DNA from: Planctomycetota bacterium
GTDB taxonomy: Bacteria; Planctomycetota; J132
Length of the DNA: 50,889 bases
NCBI GenBank assembly: GCA_003694635.1
Contig: RFKQ01000123.1
Coordinates: 1 to 50,889 of the forward strand
Direction: 5' to 3'
The position numbers were made by a program, and so were the translations under genes. The notes under the pieces are model-generated. The model did no database searches. It saw nothing but the letters and a program-made list of their open reading frames with translations, and was not told where the DNA came from. This document shows positions 16,427 to 27,254 of the stretch, piece by piece; position 1 is the stretch's first letter, and every line of letters starts with the position of its first letter.

Positions 16427-19400
16427 ATGTCCAATAGAAAGAAATGGGAAACCTCCGTTGTCTCCAAGATCGCGCTGAGAAAAGGCATTATCGATCAAGA
16501 AACCCTCCAAGACTGCATTCTAGAATTAGAGATCAGTCCAGAAGACTCCTCCCTTTTAGAAATCCTAGAATCAAAAACCAATATCGATGCCAAAACCTTT
16601 AAAAACCTCAAGGCGATGGTGGATTTCGCCCTCTCCCAAGACAAAGATACCCAAGAGGATGTCCTTCTAGCGCAAATCCTAGTGGACGTCCAATTTCTCA
16701 CCCAAGGACAGCTGGAAAATGCCCTCCTCGAGCAAAAACGCCGCCTAAACCAAACCGGGAAGTCCCTAAAATTGGAGCATATCCTCGTGGAGAAGGGTTT
16801 CATCTCAGAAGAACGCCTGCAAAGCGTGCTACAAATGATGGCCAAAATCCCCCTGCAGTGCGAAGAATGCGGCACCAAATACGTTTGGGGAGATTTCCAC
16901 AACACCAACCACGCCCGATGCCAGAAATGCGACTTTGCCCTGGTCCCCTACCTGGAGGAGGAAATGGATGAGGCCGCCACCCTAGTGGCCGATGAAAGCG
17001 GTGTGCAAAATCCTCCAAGCCAGTCATCCATAGAGCAACAAGACACTTTGGCGGCCAATGAAACCGCTGCGGCAGACCAACCTCCCCACAAAGCAGTGAG
17101 AGCTTCCGAAGGAAATTCCACTCATTCCCCCGCAGGAACCGACTCCCACGATATCGGCAACCTCACCTCCGCAGAAACCTACGCCGGCAACAAAATCGAC
17201 ACAGGAGACCCAGCCGCACAGACCTCAGGAGGGCAAAAAGGGACCGATCCGTTCATCGGCCAAGTGCTCGGGGAGGTGAAGCTGATAAAAAAACTCGGCC
17301 AGGGCGGTATGGGAGCCGTCTACCTTGGCGAACACCTCCACCTCGCCAGACAAGAGGCCATCAAAATCCTCCCCAGAGAGTTCGCCAACAACCCCGAACA
17401 AGTCACCAGATTCAAGCGAGAAGCCCGCGCCGCCGGAACCCTGGACTCGCCTCACATTGTACGAGTGCACCACATTGGCGAACACAAAGGAATCCACTAT
17501 ATCTCCATGGAGTTTGTCAAAGGCTGTAGCCTGCAAGATATCGTCAACGAGAAGAAAAAACTCGACGCCAAGGAAGCCATTGAGTATATGAAACAGGCCG
17601 CCAAAGGGCTGATTGTAGCGCATAAAAAAGATATTGTCCATAGAGACATCAAGCCGGATAACCTTATGGTCACCGAAGAGGGAGTGGTCAAGGTAGCCGA
17701 CTTTGGCTTGGCCCGAAAAACCCAAGATACCATGGGAGTAACCCAATCCGGCTCCATTTTGGGCACCCCTTATTTTATGTCTCCCGAACAGTGCCGCGGT
17801 GAAAAAACCGATATCCGCTCAGATATCTACTCCCTCGGCGCTACCTTCTACTATATCCTCACAGGCCAGCATCCCTTTGTGGGCGATTCGCCCATGACCA
17901 TCCTGCTAAAACATATCCACGAGGAAGTGCCCGATATCAAAAAATTTGCCCCCGAGGTCCCCGATTCGCTCAAAAATATCATCGAAAAAATGATGGAAAA
18001 ACTCCCCGAAGATCGCTACCAGACCTTGGAGGAATTCCTCGAGGATATCAAAAAGCTCGAAGAGGGCGAGGAAATCGCCATGTCCGAGGGCAAGCGGCGG
18101 CGCATATTTCGCCGAAGGCTGCGCCGGGCTATCGCCTTTGCCCTCTTTGTGGCCGTGGTGGTCTTTCTCTTCTCTTACAAACCAGGCCAAAGCGAGGCGG
18201 AAATTCGACAAAAACTCTACCAAGAAAAACTCCAACAGGCCCAACAACTCCTTACCGCCGGGGACTTGGAAAACGCCATCGAACAATTCGAGGATGCTCG
18301 GAAGCAACAGAATACCTCAGAAATTCGCCACGCCCTGCTTAAGAGCTATACCCAACTCCTCAAAAATCTTCTAAAAAAAGCCGATCAACAGGCTCCCCAA
18401 CTTCCCAAAACCAAAGAGAAACTCGTTCAGCTTCTCCAACAGGCCAAATCTATCCTGAGAAAAGCCCAAAACATCAACCCCCAATTTGACCTCTCTTCCG
18501 AAGAAAAGCGCCTCTTTCAACACTACCTCCTTCTAGCACAACATCAAATCAAAAGCGCCCAAAAACTCTTTCCGCTCTTGAAAAAGAAAGGAGCGGAAAA
18601 AACAAGAAATCTTGCGCGCTTGCTGATCGAAGAAGCCAAGAAATACTTTCAAGAAGCCCGCTCCCTAAAGGGCGATAAACTTGCCCTCGCCCAATCCCAT
18701 CAAAAAATCTTCTCCCTATTTATCCCCCTCATCGCCTCTTTTTTGCAAGATGAAGACGCCAAAAACGCCCAATCCACCTTGAATCAAGCCAAAAAATTTT
18801 ATCCAGAGGGGCAAAAGACCCTAGAATCCTGGGAGGCGAAAATCCAACAGCTGGTCCTGCTCAAACAAGCTAGAGCCCTTCTTCTAAAAGCAGTCCGGTT
18901 TATCCAACCCAACATTTCCACCCTCTCCCCCTCCACCCTTCCCTCGATAAAAAACTCTCTTCCTAAGGTCTCCGAACTTCAACTCAACAACGCCGAAAAG
19001 TACGCCAACCAAGCCATCCTCAAATCCCCCAACTACTCCTTAGCTGCCAAAGTCCGAGCTATGCTTCGCTCAGAGCAGCAACGTAGGCTTGAACTGCGCA
19101 AACAGGAACAAGCGCGCTTGAAAAGAAAAGAAGAGACCACCAAAAAAGCAAAAGGCTACCTCAGCCTTCTCGAAGAAATCTCGAAAACACATACCCTGGC
19201 CCAATTTCCCCTCGAGAAAGCTCAGCTTGCCCTAAAACAACTCCAAACTCTAATCGCCGCCTATCAAAAAGATAAGTTTTTCCAAGAAGCCAAAAACCTA
19301 GAAAAAAACTATCTCTTTCACCAACATTACTTTGAAATCGCTCAAACATATCAAAACATCTTGGCCAAAATCCAAGAAAATTTCCTCGAGGACCGGGGAA

Positions 19401-20671
19401 AAAATCTAGGCGCCCTCTCCCTCTCCAAACAACTCCTCCAACAACTCAACCACAACCCCAAATACCAACCCTTTGCCAACTATATTCCCACCATCTCCAA
19501 AACTCTCCAAAGCATCCGAATGCGCCTATTTGATACATACAAGGAAAAAGCGGAAAAAATCAAACGCATCGACAAGGAAAAAGCCAAAATTTACGTCAAA
19601 AAAGCCCTGAGCTTCGTCCACGACGATCAATCCGTTATTGAACTACTTGCCGAACTCAATACCCCTGAAAATATGGTCTACATTCCCGCCGGAGAATACC
19701 AGCGCTTCTACGAAGACCTCCCTCCCAACACCACAACCCCCGAACAGTACTTTCGCCTAAACTCTAGCATCTATATGGGCAAATACGAAGTCACCAACCA
19801 AGAATATTTCCAATTTGTCAAAGCCGGTGGCTACAACAACCCAAAATTCTGGTCCCCCCAAGGCTGGGCCCTCTTTCACGGCAAAACCAAAATCTACAAA
19901 CCCTGGCCAGAAACTTGGCAAAACGGCAAATACCCCGCCGGCACTGAGCGTTTTCCCGTCTCGGGAATTAGTTACTGCGAAGCAGAAGCCTACTGCCGCT
20001 GGAAAAGCCTAACTCTACCCGGTACCCGACTTCCTACCCATTGGGAATGGGAAGCCGCGGCGGGATTCCTGCAGCAAAAAAACTATATCTTTAAGGCCAG
20101 CCTCGCCTATCTAAAAGAATTAGAAGCAAAAAAAATTTCCCTCAACTTCCTCAAACTCCTCTCGGAAAAATCCAACCTCGCCCTTCAAAACCTAACCGTG
20201 ACCAAATCCCCCCTAGCTCCCATCTGGTTCCTCGTGGATAAATCTAGAAATCTTCAGCTGCAAATCGTCCGCGAAAACCAAGGACTAAAAGTCTATAAAA
20301 TTGTCCACCGACGGGCCCAATATCCCTTACTAGGCGGGAAGTGGAAAGCGGACTTTGGCCAAATTATCACCCAATACGAAGCCCCTAGACCCGTGGGGAA
20401 ATGGCGGCTGGATGTAAGCTTAACCGGCTGCTATGATATGGCGGGCAACGTCTCCGAATGGGTGAAGCGTCCAGACCTTAGAAATAAAGAAGAGGCCTCG
20501 TTCAAAGGAGCATCCTTCGATTCCACCAATCCAAAAGTGCACGCTCACGTTACCTACAACGAATTTATCGCCTCAAAAAGCGACAGATTCGAAGATGTAG
20601 GCTTTCGAATCTGTGTGGACACAAGCACCTATTTGCAGAAAAAGGAGACCAAGCGTGCAAAAAAGAAGTAA
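16427..20671 (+). CDS. Giant multidomain Ser/Thr kinase: T2SSE_N/MshEN-like repeats, zinc ribbon, Hanks kinase, TM, long helical region, C-terminal FGE-sulfatase (SUMF1) domain
   Basis: ATG at 16427, 5 nt after the upstream stop. Kinase motifs GQGGMGAVYLG, HRDIKPDNLM, DFGLAR, SPEQ. TM IAFALFVAVVVFLFS. FGE motifs YMGKYEVTNQEYFQFVKAGGY, RFPVSGISYCEAEAYCRW, LPTHWEWE, GCYDMAGNVSEWV, KGASF. Confidence 0.9.
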   Translation: MSNRKKWETSVVSKIALRKGIIDQETLQDCILELEISPEDSSLLEILESKTNIDAKTFKNLKAMVDFALSQDKDTQEDVLLAQILVDVQFLTQGQLENALLEQKRRLNQTGKSLKLEHILVEKGFISEERLQSVLQMMAKIPLQCEECGTKYVWGDFHNTNHARCQKCDFALVPYLEEEMDEAATLVADESGVQNPPSQSSIEQQDTLAANETAAADQPPHKAVRASEGNSTHSPAGTDSHDIGNLTSAETYAGNKIDTGDPAAQTSGGQKGTDPFIGQVLGEVKLIKKLGQGGMGAVYLGEHLHLARQEAIKILPREFANNPEQVTRFKREARAAGTLDSPHIVRVHHIGEHKGIHYISMEFVKGCSLQDIVNEKKKLDAKEAIEYMKQAAKGLIVAHKKDIVHRDIKPDNLMVTEEGVVKVADFGLARKTQDTMGVTQSGSILGTPYFMSPEQCRGEKTDIRSDIYSLGATFYYILTGQHPFVGDSPMTILLKHIHEEVPDIKKFAPEVPDSLKNIIEKMMEKLPEDRYQTLEEFLEDIKKLEEGEEIAMSEGKRRRIFRRRLRRAIAFALFVAVVVFLFSYKPGQSEAEIRQKLYQEKLQQAQQLLTAGDLENAIEQFEDARKQQNTSEIRHALLKSYTQLLKNLLKKADQQAPQLPKTKEKLVQLLQQAKSILRKAQNINPQFDLSSEEKRLFQHYLLLAQHQIKSAQKLFPLLKKKGAEKTRNLARLLIEEAKKYFQEARSLKGDKLALAQSHQKIFSLFIPLIASFLQDEDAKNAQSTLNQAKKFYPEGQKTLESWEAKIQQLVLLKQARALLLKAVRFIQPNISTLSPSTLPSIKNSLPKVSELQLNNAEKYANQAILKSPNYSLAAKVRAMLRSEQQRRLELRKQEQARLKRKEETTKKAKGYLSLLEEISKTHTLAQFPLEKAQLALKQLQTLIAAYQKDKFFQEAKNLEKNYLFHQHYFEIAQTYQNILAKIQENFLEDRGKNLGALSLSKQLLQQLNHNPKYQPFANYIPTISKTLQSIRMRLFDTYKEKAEKIKRIDKEKAKIYVKKALSFVHDDQSVIELLAELNTPENMVYIPAGEYQRFYEDLPPNTTTPEQYFRLNSSIYMGKYEVTNQEYFQFVKAGGYNNPKFWSPQGWALFHGKTKIYKPWPETWQNGKYPAGTERFPVSGISYCEAEAYCRWKSLTLPGTRLPTHWEWEAAAGFLQQKNYIFKASLAYLKELEAKKISLNFLKLLSEKSNLALQNLTVTKSPLAPIWFLVDKSRNLQLQIVRENQGLKVYKIVHRRAQYPLLGGKWKADFGQIITQYEAPRPVGKWRLDVSLTGCYDMAGNVSEWVKRPDLRNKEEASFKGASFDSTNPKVHAHVTYNEFIASKSDRFEDVGFRICVDTSTYLQKKETKRAKKK

Positions 20672-23600
20672 AATCTTGCTGAGCGGACTTCTCTTCTCTA
20701 TCCTATTCCTCTCCGGCTGCGGCGCCATCGGAACAGGGGTGGGCTTCTGGCTGGGGAGTAAAAAGAACTCCTCGCAAAACCAACCCCCTGTGGTCACCCT
20801 CTTAGAACCTGACAAGGATGAAGTGGACATCAACCACGTGGTGGTGATCCACTACCGACTGTACGATGTGGAAAGCAATCCTGCCAACGTCAAGGTAGAA
20901 TACAGCCTGGACCAAGGGAAAACCTGGAGCATCGCCACGGAAGTCGCCTCCTACCCCGGCTACACCAGCTCAGGAACCATCGGCCTCACCACCTCTCCCC
21001 TTGGCCAGGAACACTACTTCCTATGGAATTCCTTCCAAGACCTACCAGCGGTCAATATCAGCAACGTCCTCGTCCGAGTTAGCCCTACCGATGCCTCTTC
21101 CGGAAAAGCGGGAAGCGCCGATACTTCTATCCCCATCAACATCAAAAATGAATACACCGCCACCTTCGCCGGCACCCTTCCTCCCAATGCAATCGGCGCT
21201 ATCAAACGACCACGCTATATCTACTATGATAGCCAAAACAAAAAAATCTATTTCACCAATATCACCACAAACGCCATCCTCGCCCTAGATGAAAATGGTA
21301 CCTTAACCAGAGTGAGTGGCACCGGCCTCACCCCTTTCAACAGCGATTACGTTTTTGCCAAAAACGCAAACCTTGGCCTACCCGCCGCCATCGACCGGTG
21401 GGAAGAAGGACCATCTAAAGAAGATGCCATCGTTTTTGCCGACACCCTAAACGTCCGTATTCGCCAGGTCAATCTCATCACCGAAATCATCTCCACCTTC
21501 TCGGGCAACGGCGTTTTTGCCTTCTCCACCGATGTCCTCCCTTTCCAATCCTCCATCACCGCTCCTTGGGGAGTATCTGCCTTCGCAAATAACGGTAAGA
21601 TTGCGGGTCTTTTCTTCAGCGAACCGTTTACCCAAACCATCCGCTTTATCAACATTTCAGGTGGCCCCATTACCCTCTACCAAGGCGTAATAAAAGCGGG
21701 GAAACAACTTGAGCTACGCATTCCAAACATGACAATGAAAACCATCCTAGGAAACCCAGGAGCCACCCCTAGACCTGCGGATGGATTCGCCTGGACAACC
21801 GACAATCAACTCAACGGTATGGCCACCCTAAACTATCCCACCGCCCTTCGGTATACCCCTTCGCCTAAACGACTCCTCTATTTTATAGACAGCGAACAAA
21901 CCATCCGAGTGGTTAATCTGGACGCCAATGGCTCCAATGCAACCCTATACCCAAATGCCTACTACACCACCGCCACCCTTACCCTCAATGCTAGCGAAGT
22001 AAAAACTATTTTTGGCACACAAAGCCTATCCACCACCCTCAGCCAAGCTCTCAACTCCACCACCGCCAATATCTGGGACGTTCGATCAGATGGTAAAATC
22101 GAAGATATCTTTGTTCTCCCCAACGACCAAGATAACTCCGTCAACGACATCTACTTCACCGATGGCTTCGGCACCAGCAGCGTCTGGAAAATCGATGGCA
22201 AAACCGGCCTCCTCACCCGCGTGGCCGGCAATGGAGTCTTTGATCCCATCAACTTCCAAAGCGAAGGAAAGGCCACGGAAATACCCCTCGCAGGCCCCAC
22301 AGGGATTTATATTTACAACAAAATTCTACTTATCGCCGACCAAATCAACAACAGCATCCGCGCCGTAAATCTGGATACCACCCCCCAAGTCTTCTTCAAT
22401 AAAACCATCCAACCAGGAGATATGGTCACCCTGTATCGGGGAGAAACCGTCCAACAAACCGAACTTATTGAACCGAAAGAAGTGGCCGTAGATAATGAAG
22501 ATAAAAAAATCTATATTTTAGACATCCAAGGCCAAGTCCTCGAAATCGATGCCATCTCCCTCACCCAAACCCCCATCGCAGGCCTCGGGATTAAACCAGC
22601 TCCAACTACCGGAACCGATGAGTATGTTCCCGCTGCCCAAGTGCGACTTTCTCTACCAGAAGGAATAGCTTTTTGGCGAGGCAATGTAAACAACCAAACC
22701 ATGCGCCTGCTCTTTATCACAGATAACTCCTTCCCCAAATCCCGCATCCGCCTGGTAAATCTCGGCGATAATCCAATCCAGTTCGGCCCTATCACCAACC
22801 TCCAACCAGGACATATCGCCACCCTGATCGGCCAAGGGAACACCCAAACCGACGGAGGAACCACCTATGACCTCTCCCCGACCCCCGTCGAAAATGTCCG
22901 CTTAGCCAAACTGATCGATGTAGCGGTAGTAAAAGATAAAAATAACCTCCCCCTTGTCTATGTGCTGGAAGAAATTCAAGACTCAAATTCCGGAAGTTTG
23001 ATTTATCGGGTCCTTGCCTATAACCCCCGCTCTTCGAACGCTTCCTTCTACATCAACGGTATCAACGGCAATCAACGCACCATCGGAAGCGGACAAATCG
23101 CCGCGATCCTCGTCGGACAAAGAACAAATATAGACTTCTCCCAACCCCTAAACTTCCACCTAAGTAAACCCGGCATTATGGACATTATGGAAATCCAAAA
23201 TCAACCCATCCTCTTCCTCCCCCTCGCCGGAAGCCACGTTGTGGTGGGAGTAAACTATAGCAACAAAAACCAAAATGTATTTGGTCAAAACATTCTGCCA
23301 GGACAGGGGGCTGCGATTGCCGGCCAAAAAAGTATTACAGGAGGATTCTCCGGAGACTTCGGCCCCGCTAGCAACTCCCAACTCAACGAACCAACAGGGG
23401 TGACCTACTTGCCCAAAAACGCAGATTTCCAAGCGGAAATCTTGCTCATCGCCGACTCCGGCAACCAAAGAATCCGAGCGGTCTATGGCAACGCTTCCGG
23501 AGAATTTCAAAACTTAAGCGGGAAAATCCAAACCCTAGCAGGGACCGGCTTTGCAGGATTTAACGGGGATGTCTTCCCCCCAGAAGATACCTACTTTAAT

Positions 23601-23711
23601 TTCCCCAACCACGCCACCGGTCTACTGGTGAAAAATCTCCAAGGAAAACCAAGAATGATCATCTATGTCTCCGATCAAGGAAACACCAGAATTCGTCGAT
23701 TTGCAAGATAG
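20655..23711 (+). CDS. NHL-repeat beta-propeller lipoprotein, paralogue 1
   Basis: GTG at 20655 preceded by AAAGGAGA, overlapping the kinase stop by 17 nt. Lipobox FLSGC followed by GAIGTGVGFWLGS. Ig-like N-domain (NVKVEYSLDQGKTWS). Repeated NHL signatures DTLNVRIRQVNL, ADQINNSIRAVNL, ADSGNQRIRAV, DQGNTRIRRF. Confidence 0.8.
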   Translation: MQKRSKILLSGLLFSILFLSGCGAIGTGVGFWLGSKKNSSQNQPPVVTLLEPDKDEVDINHVVVIHYRLYDVESNPANVKVEYSLDQGKTWSIATEVASYPGYTSSGTIGLTTSPLGQEHYFLWNSFQDLPAVNISNVLVRVSPTDASSGKAGSADTSIPINIKNEYTATFAGTLPPNAIGAIKRPRYIYYDSQNKKIYFTNITTNAILALDENGTLTRVSGTGLTPFNSDYVFAKNANLGLPAAIDRWEEGPSKEDAIVFADTLNVRIRQVNLITEIISTFSGNGVFAFSTDVLPFQSSITAPWGVSAFANNGKIAGLFFSEPFTQTIRFINISGGPITLYQGVIKAGKQLELRIPNMTMKTILGNPGATPRPADGFAWTTDNQLNGMATLNYPTALRYTPSPKRLLYFIDSEQTIRVVNLDANGSNATLYPNAYYTTATLTLNASEVKTIFGTQSLSTTLSQALNSTTANIWDVRSDGKIEDIFVLPNDQDNSVNDIYFTDGFGTSSVWKIDGKTGLLTRVAGNGVFDPINFQSEGKATEIPLAGPTGIYIYNKILLIADQINNSIRAVNLDTTPQVFFNKTIQPGDMVTLYRGETVQQTELIEPKEVAVDNEDKKIYILDIQGQVLEIDAISLTQTPIAGLGIKPAPTTGTDEYVPAAQVRLSLPEGIAFWRGNVNNQTMRLLFITDNSFPKSRIRLVNLGDNPIQFGPITNLQPGHIATLIGQGNTQTDGGTTYDLSPTPVENVRLAKLIDVAVVKDKNNLPLVYVLEEIQDSNSGSLIYRVLAYNPRSSNASFYINGINGNQRTIGSGQIAAILVGQRTNIDFSQPLNFHLSKPGIMDIMEIQNQPILFLPLAGSHVVVGVNYSNKNQNVFGQNILPGQGAAIAGQKSITGGFSGDFGPASNSQLNEPTGVTYLPKNADFQAEILLIADSGNQRIRAVYGNASGEFQNLSGKIQTLAGTGFAGFNGDVFPPEDTYFNFPNHATGLLVKNLQGKPRMIIYVSDQGNTRIRRFAR

Positions 23712-23818
23712 GAAAGATCTGCACTCAAATTCTAATACCAACGCCAGTATTGGCGCACCGCTAGAATTTTTATACAAAAATCTTCCATCGAAATTTTCCT
23801 CATGAAAAGGAAAATGCC

Positions 23819-26800
23819 ATGAGAACCACATTGCAGCGTAAACTTATCCTCCCCCTCTTCCTCCTCCTAAGCGGTTGCGGGGCCATAGGAACTGGAGTAG
23901 GTATCTGGCTCGGCTCCCAACGAAACCTCCGCAACAACTCCAAACCCTCTATCTCCATCTCTTCCCCCTCTTTCTCCCAAAATGTCAACGATATGATCTC
24001 CATCGTCTATGAAATCCGAGACACAGAATCCGATGCCGCCAATGTCAAAGTGGAATGGAGCACGGATGAACAAACCTGGTATACCTGCACAGAGCAAGTC
24101 AACCGCTTAATCGATTTGCAAAGCGATGGAACACAAAATCTCACCACCTCCCCCGGAGGCATCCAACACACCTTCGTCTGGAACTCCCTTATGGACATCT
24201 TTGCCGCCAACCTCCCCAATGTCTCCGTTCGTATCACCCCCACAGATACTACCACCAAAAAAACTGGATTTAGCGCAACTGTCAAAATCAATGTGGTCAA
24301 TGAGTATATCACAACCCTTCTAGGAAGAACCCCAACCGGCAGCAATAAACGCCTCCATATACCCCGCTATATCGCCTCTGATGGCAAGAATCTGCTCTAC
24401 ATTAGCAACAAAAAAGGCAATTCCATCGTCAAACTCGACCTAAACAGCCCGGACTTTCAAGCCTTTCCCCCCTTTCTCAACCAAGGCATCCTCTCCCTCG
24501 CAGGCACCGGACTCACCCCCTTCAACGGCGATAACCTCGCCGCGAACCTGAGCAATCTCAACAACCCCGCCCAAGTCGCCCTAACCACCGATCGCTCCAC
24601 AGGGGACGCCGTTGTGATCTTTGCCGATAGCTTTAATCACCGGCTGCGTCAAGTCAATCTACGTACCAACTTCATTAGCACCCTTGCAGGCACCAGCACT
24701 CCCGGCTATGACAATAACTTCGCCTCCGACGCCTTCAACGACCCCCTCCAAACCTCTCTCGATACCCCCTTCGGAATCGCTATCCCCCCCAAAGGAGCCG
24801 CCTTTTCCGGAATATTCTTCAGCGAAAAAGGTAACCGTACCATCCGATTTATCAACTGGTCCACCTCCCCTGCCGTTTTCTACTCCACCCCCCAAATCAC
24901 CGTGGAACCCAACGAAATGCTCACCATCGCTGGAGATCCTGGGAAGGCCGGAACCTACCCAGTCAGCGGCTCACTCTGGACAGATGCCGGGGGAGGTAAT
25001 CTTTCTCCCAACATCGGCTTGCCTAGCCCAGGTGCCCTCGCCTACGCCAACGGCTCCCCCCCTCTTCTCTACGTGGCAGACGGGCCCCACATCCTGGTCA
25101 TCAACCTAGGAAATGCCGATGCCACAATCTACCCCAATGCCTCACCACCTATGCAACCTATTACCATCAAAGCTGGCGAAGTCCAAACTATCGCAGGTTC
25201 TTCAGGCGCAACTTCTCAACAACCCAACGATGGCGTCGAAGCAAGAGTGGCCTCCTTGGGCACCATCCTGGACCTTTACTTAAAAGAAAATGGCTCGGTG
25301 TTTAATGTGGTCTTCTCCGAAGATAAAACCCAAAGCATCTGGCGCATCGATGGAAACACTGGCCTGCTAGAGCGAATTGCCGGAAATGGCAAATTCCAAG
25401 AAGAAGGAGAGAGCGAAACCTCCCAAATCGGAGATAAAGGCCCCGCCAAAAACGCCAGCTTCGCCTTCCCCTCCGGCCTGCAAAAGTGGAATGATTTCCT
25501 CCTTGTGGCCGATCAACTCAACAACCGTATCCGAGCCATCAACCTCTCCAACCAACCCCAAACCATCGCAGGAAAGGTCATCCAACCCCAATACATCGAT
25601 ACCATTTCCAAAGGCCTAAACCTCGGCGGCTCTGAACTCACAGAACCTGTGGAGGTGGTGGTGGATAACTTCGATCCAACCATACCAGAAATCTACGTCA
25701 GCGATAGAGGGGCCAACAGAATCCTGAAAATCAACGCCAATACCAGAAAACAAGAAATCGTCGTCGGCACCGGAACCCAAGGATCCGGGCCAGATGGCGG
25801 GCTTGCCAACAAAACCCCCATCGGAGAAAACGGCGGTATCCACTTATTCCATGACAACGAGAAAAAATTCCTCCTACTCACCGACGATGGGGATGAGAAT
25901 AAAGGCGGCCTAGTGCGCGTTGTCAACCTCCATACCTCCAACCTTAATTTTGGCCACATCACCAACCTACCACCAGGAACGATCGCAACACTTGTGGGAG
26001 GCGGAACCATCACAAAAACTACCTCTAGCTCAATAGAAAACAACTTAGATAACGAAGATCCTAAGAATGTCAAATTGGATGATGTGATCGATGTGGCCAT
26101 GTCCGAAGGCACCCTACCCGCCGTTTATATCCTCGAAAGAATCGACCAAAACAATGTCTATCGCGTCCTAGCCTATAACCCTAACGCCTCCGACAATCTG
26201 GTGTTTGCCCGTGGCAATAGTAAGCAGATCACCATCCAACCCGGTAAGATCTCCGCTATCGCTATCTTTAACTCCAGTACACCCTCTGAAAATTTCCTAG
26301 ATCCCCTCGCCCTCAACCCATTCCAATACTTAGGAATCATGGCCCTGCGTGGAGTGGCTAGCAGCCAAGCCGGGCAGACAAATCTTATCCTAATGCTCCC
26401 CTCCGAGGATCATTATGTGATCGCCATCAACTATAGCAACACCTCGCAAACCATCGTAGGAACCTCCATTCCCCCAGGAGAGGGAAAACGCATCGCCGGA
26501 CTGTACGATAATTCAGCCGGAGTATACAAACAAGGCTACAATGGCGATTTTATTCAAGCTGTCAACGCAAAAGTGGACACCCCTCTGGGGCTTACCTTCC
26601 TCCCAAAAGATAAGGTAGGAGACGCGGATATCCTATTCATCGCTGACGGAGGAAATAACCGCATACGAGCGGTGTTCGGAGACACCTCCGGCGACCTCGC
26701 CGGACTAGATGGCACCATTTTCACCATCGTGGGCACCGGGGAGGAAGGCTACAACGGCGAAACCCTCCCCGCCCAAAATGTGATCCTCGCCGGCCCAACC

Positions 26801-26923
26801 CACCTCGCCGCAGTGCTAAGGAAGAACTTTCTCAACCAGGACCGCCTCATTCTTTATTTTGTCGATGAAAACAGCGGCCGGCTAAGGCAGCTGGCCATCC
26901 CTGTGAGCTTCAATAAACCCTAA
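23819..26923 (+). CDS. NHL-repeat beta-propeller lipoprotein, paralogue 2
   Basis: Same architecture and length (1034 vs ~1018 aa). LLSGCGAIGTGVGIWLGS; NVKVEWSTDEQTWY; DSFNHRLRQVNL, ADQLNNRIRAINL, ADGGNNRIRAV. Confidence 0.8.
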   Translation: MRTTLQRKLILPLFLLLSGCGAIGTGVGIWLGSQRNLRNNSKPSISISSPSFSQNVNDMISIVYEIRDTESDAANVKVEWSTDEQTWYTCTEQVNRLIDLQSDGTQNLTTSPGGIQHTFVWNSLMDIFAANLPNVSVRITPTDTTTKKTGFSATVKINVVNEYITTLLGRTPTGSNKRLHIPRYIASDGKNLLYISNKKGNSIVKLDLNSPDFQAFPPFLNQGILSLAGTGLTPFNGDNLAANLSNLNNPAQVALTTDRSTGDAVVIFADSFNHRLRQVNLRTNFISTLAGTSTPGYDNNFASDAFNDPLQTSLDTPFGIAIPPKGAAFSGIFFSEKGNRTIRFINWSTSPAVFYSTPQITVEPNEMLTIAGDPGKAGTYPVSGSLWTDAGGGNLSPNIGLPSPGALAYANGSPPLLYVADGPHILVINLGNADATIYPNASPPMQPITIKAGEVQTIAGSSGATSQQPNDGVEARVASLGTILDLYLKENGSVFNVVFSEDKTQSIWRIDGNTGLLERIAGNGKFQEEGESETSQIGDKGPAKNASFAFPSGLQKWNDFLLVADQLNNRIRAINLSNQPQTIAGKVIQPQYIDTISKGLNLGGSELTEPVEVVVDNFDPTIPEIYVSDRGANRILKINANTRKQEIVVGTGTQGSGPDGGLANKTPIGENGGIHLFHDNEKKFLLLTDDGDENKGGLVRVVNLHTSNLNFGHITNLPPGTIATLVGGGTITKTTSSSIENNLDNEDPKNVKLDDVIDVAMSEGTLPAVYILERIDQNNVYRVLAYNPNASDNLVFARGNSKQITIQPGKISAIAIFNSSTPSENFLDPLALNPFQYLGIMALRGVASSQAGQTNLILMLPSEDHYVIAINYSNTSQTIVGTSIPPGEGKRIAGLYDNSAGVYKQGYNGDFIQAVNAKVDTPLGLTFLPKDKVGDADILFIADGGNNRIRAVFGDTSGDLAGLDGTIFTIVGTGEEGYNGETLPAQNVILAGPTHLAAVLRKNFLNQDRLILYFVDENSGRLRQLAIPVSFNKP

Positions 26924-27142
26924 AGTGGGACGGCCGTGCGCCCTTTTCAAAGAGAAATCCCAAACAACAACAGAAGAGATCGATGAGAAGACACTTCAGG
27001 GGCCTTTAGAAAAAATCTCCCTTCCTCTGGCAAAAAGGACAATATTTTCGTAAATATAATCGTAATTCCTCGCAATCCTAAGCTTCTGAGAATGGCGAAA
27101 AGCAACGTAGAAAAGTTGGAGCACAGAACAAAAGCGAAGATC

Positions 27143-27254
27143 GGCGGGTACCCCGCCTAAGTTGACTTAGAGGTTAGTGCCCTAACCTCGCCCCTATTGC
27201 CCAGCAAAGCCTGTTCCCGCATCTATCCGCTCTAGCTTGCCTTCGAGAAGCGGA
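27143..27254 (+). other. Three stable hairpins in the 400-nt leader of the VWA membrane-protein gene
   Basis: GGCGGG-UAC-CCCGCC (27143-27157); GAGGUUAG-UGCC-CUAACCUC (27170-27189); UCCGCU-N17-AGCGGA (27226-27254). No ORF. The strand of any RNA is not determined. Confidence 0.3.
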
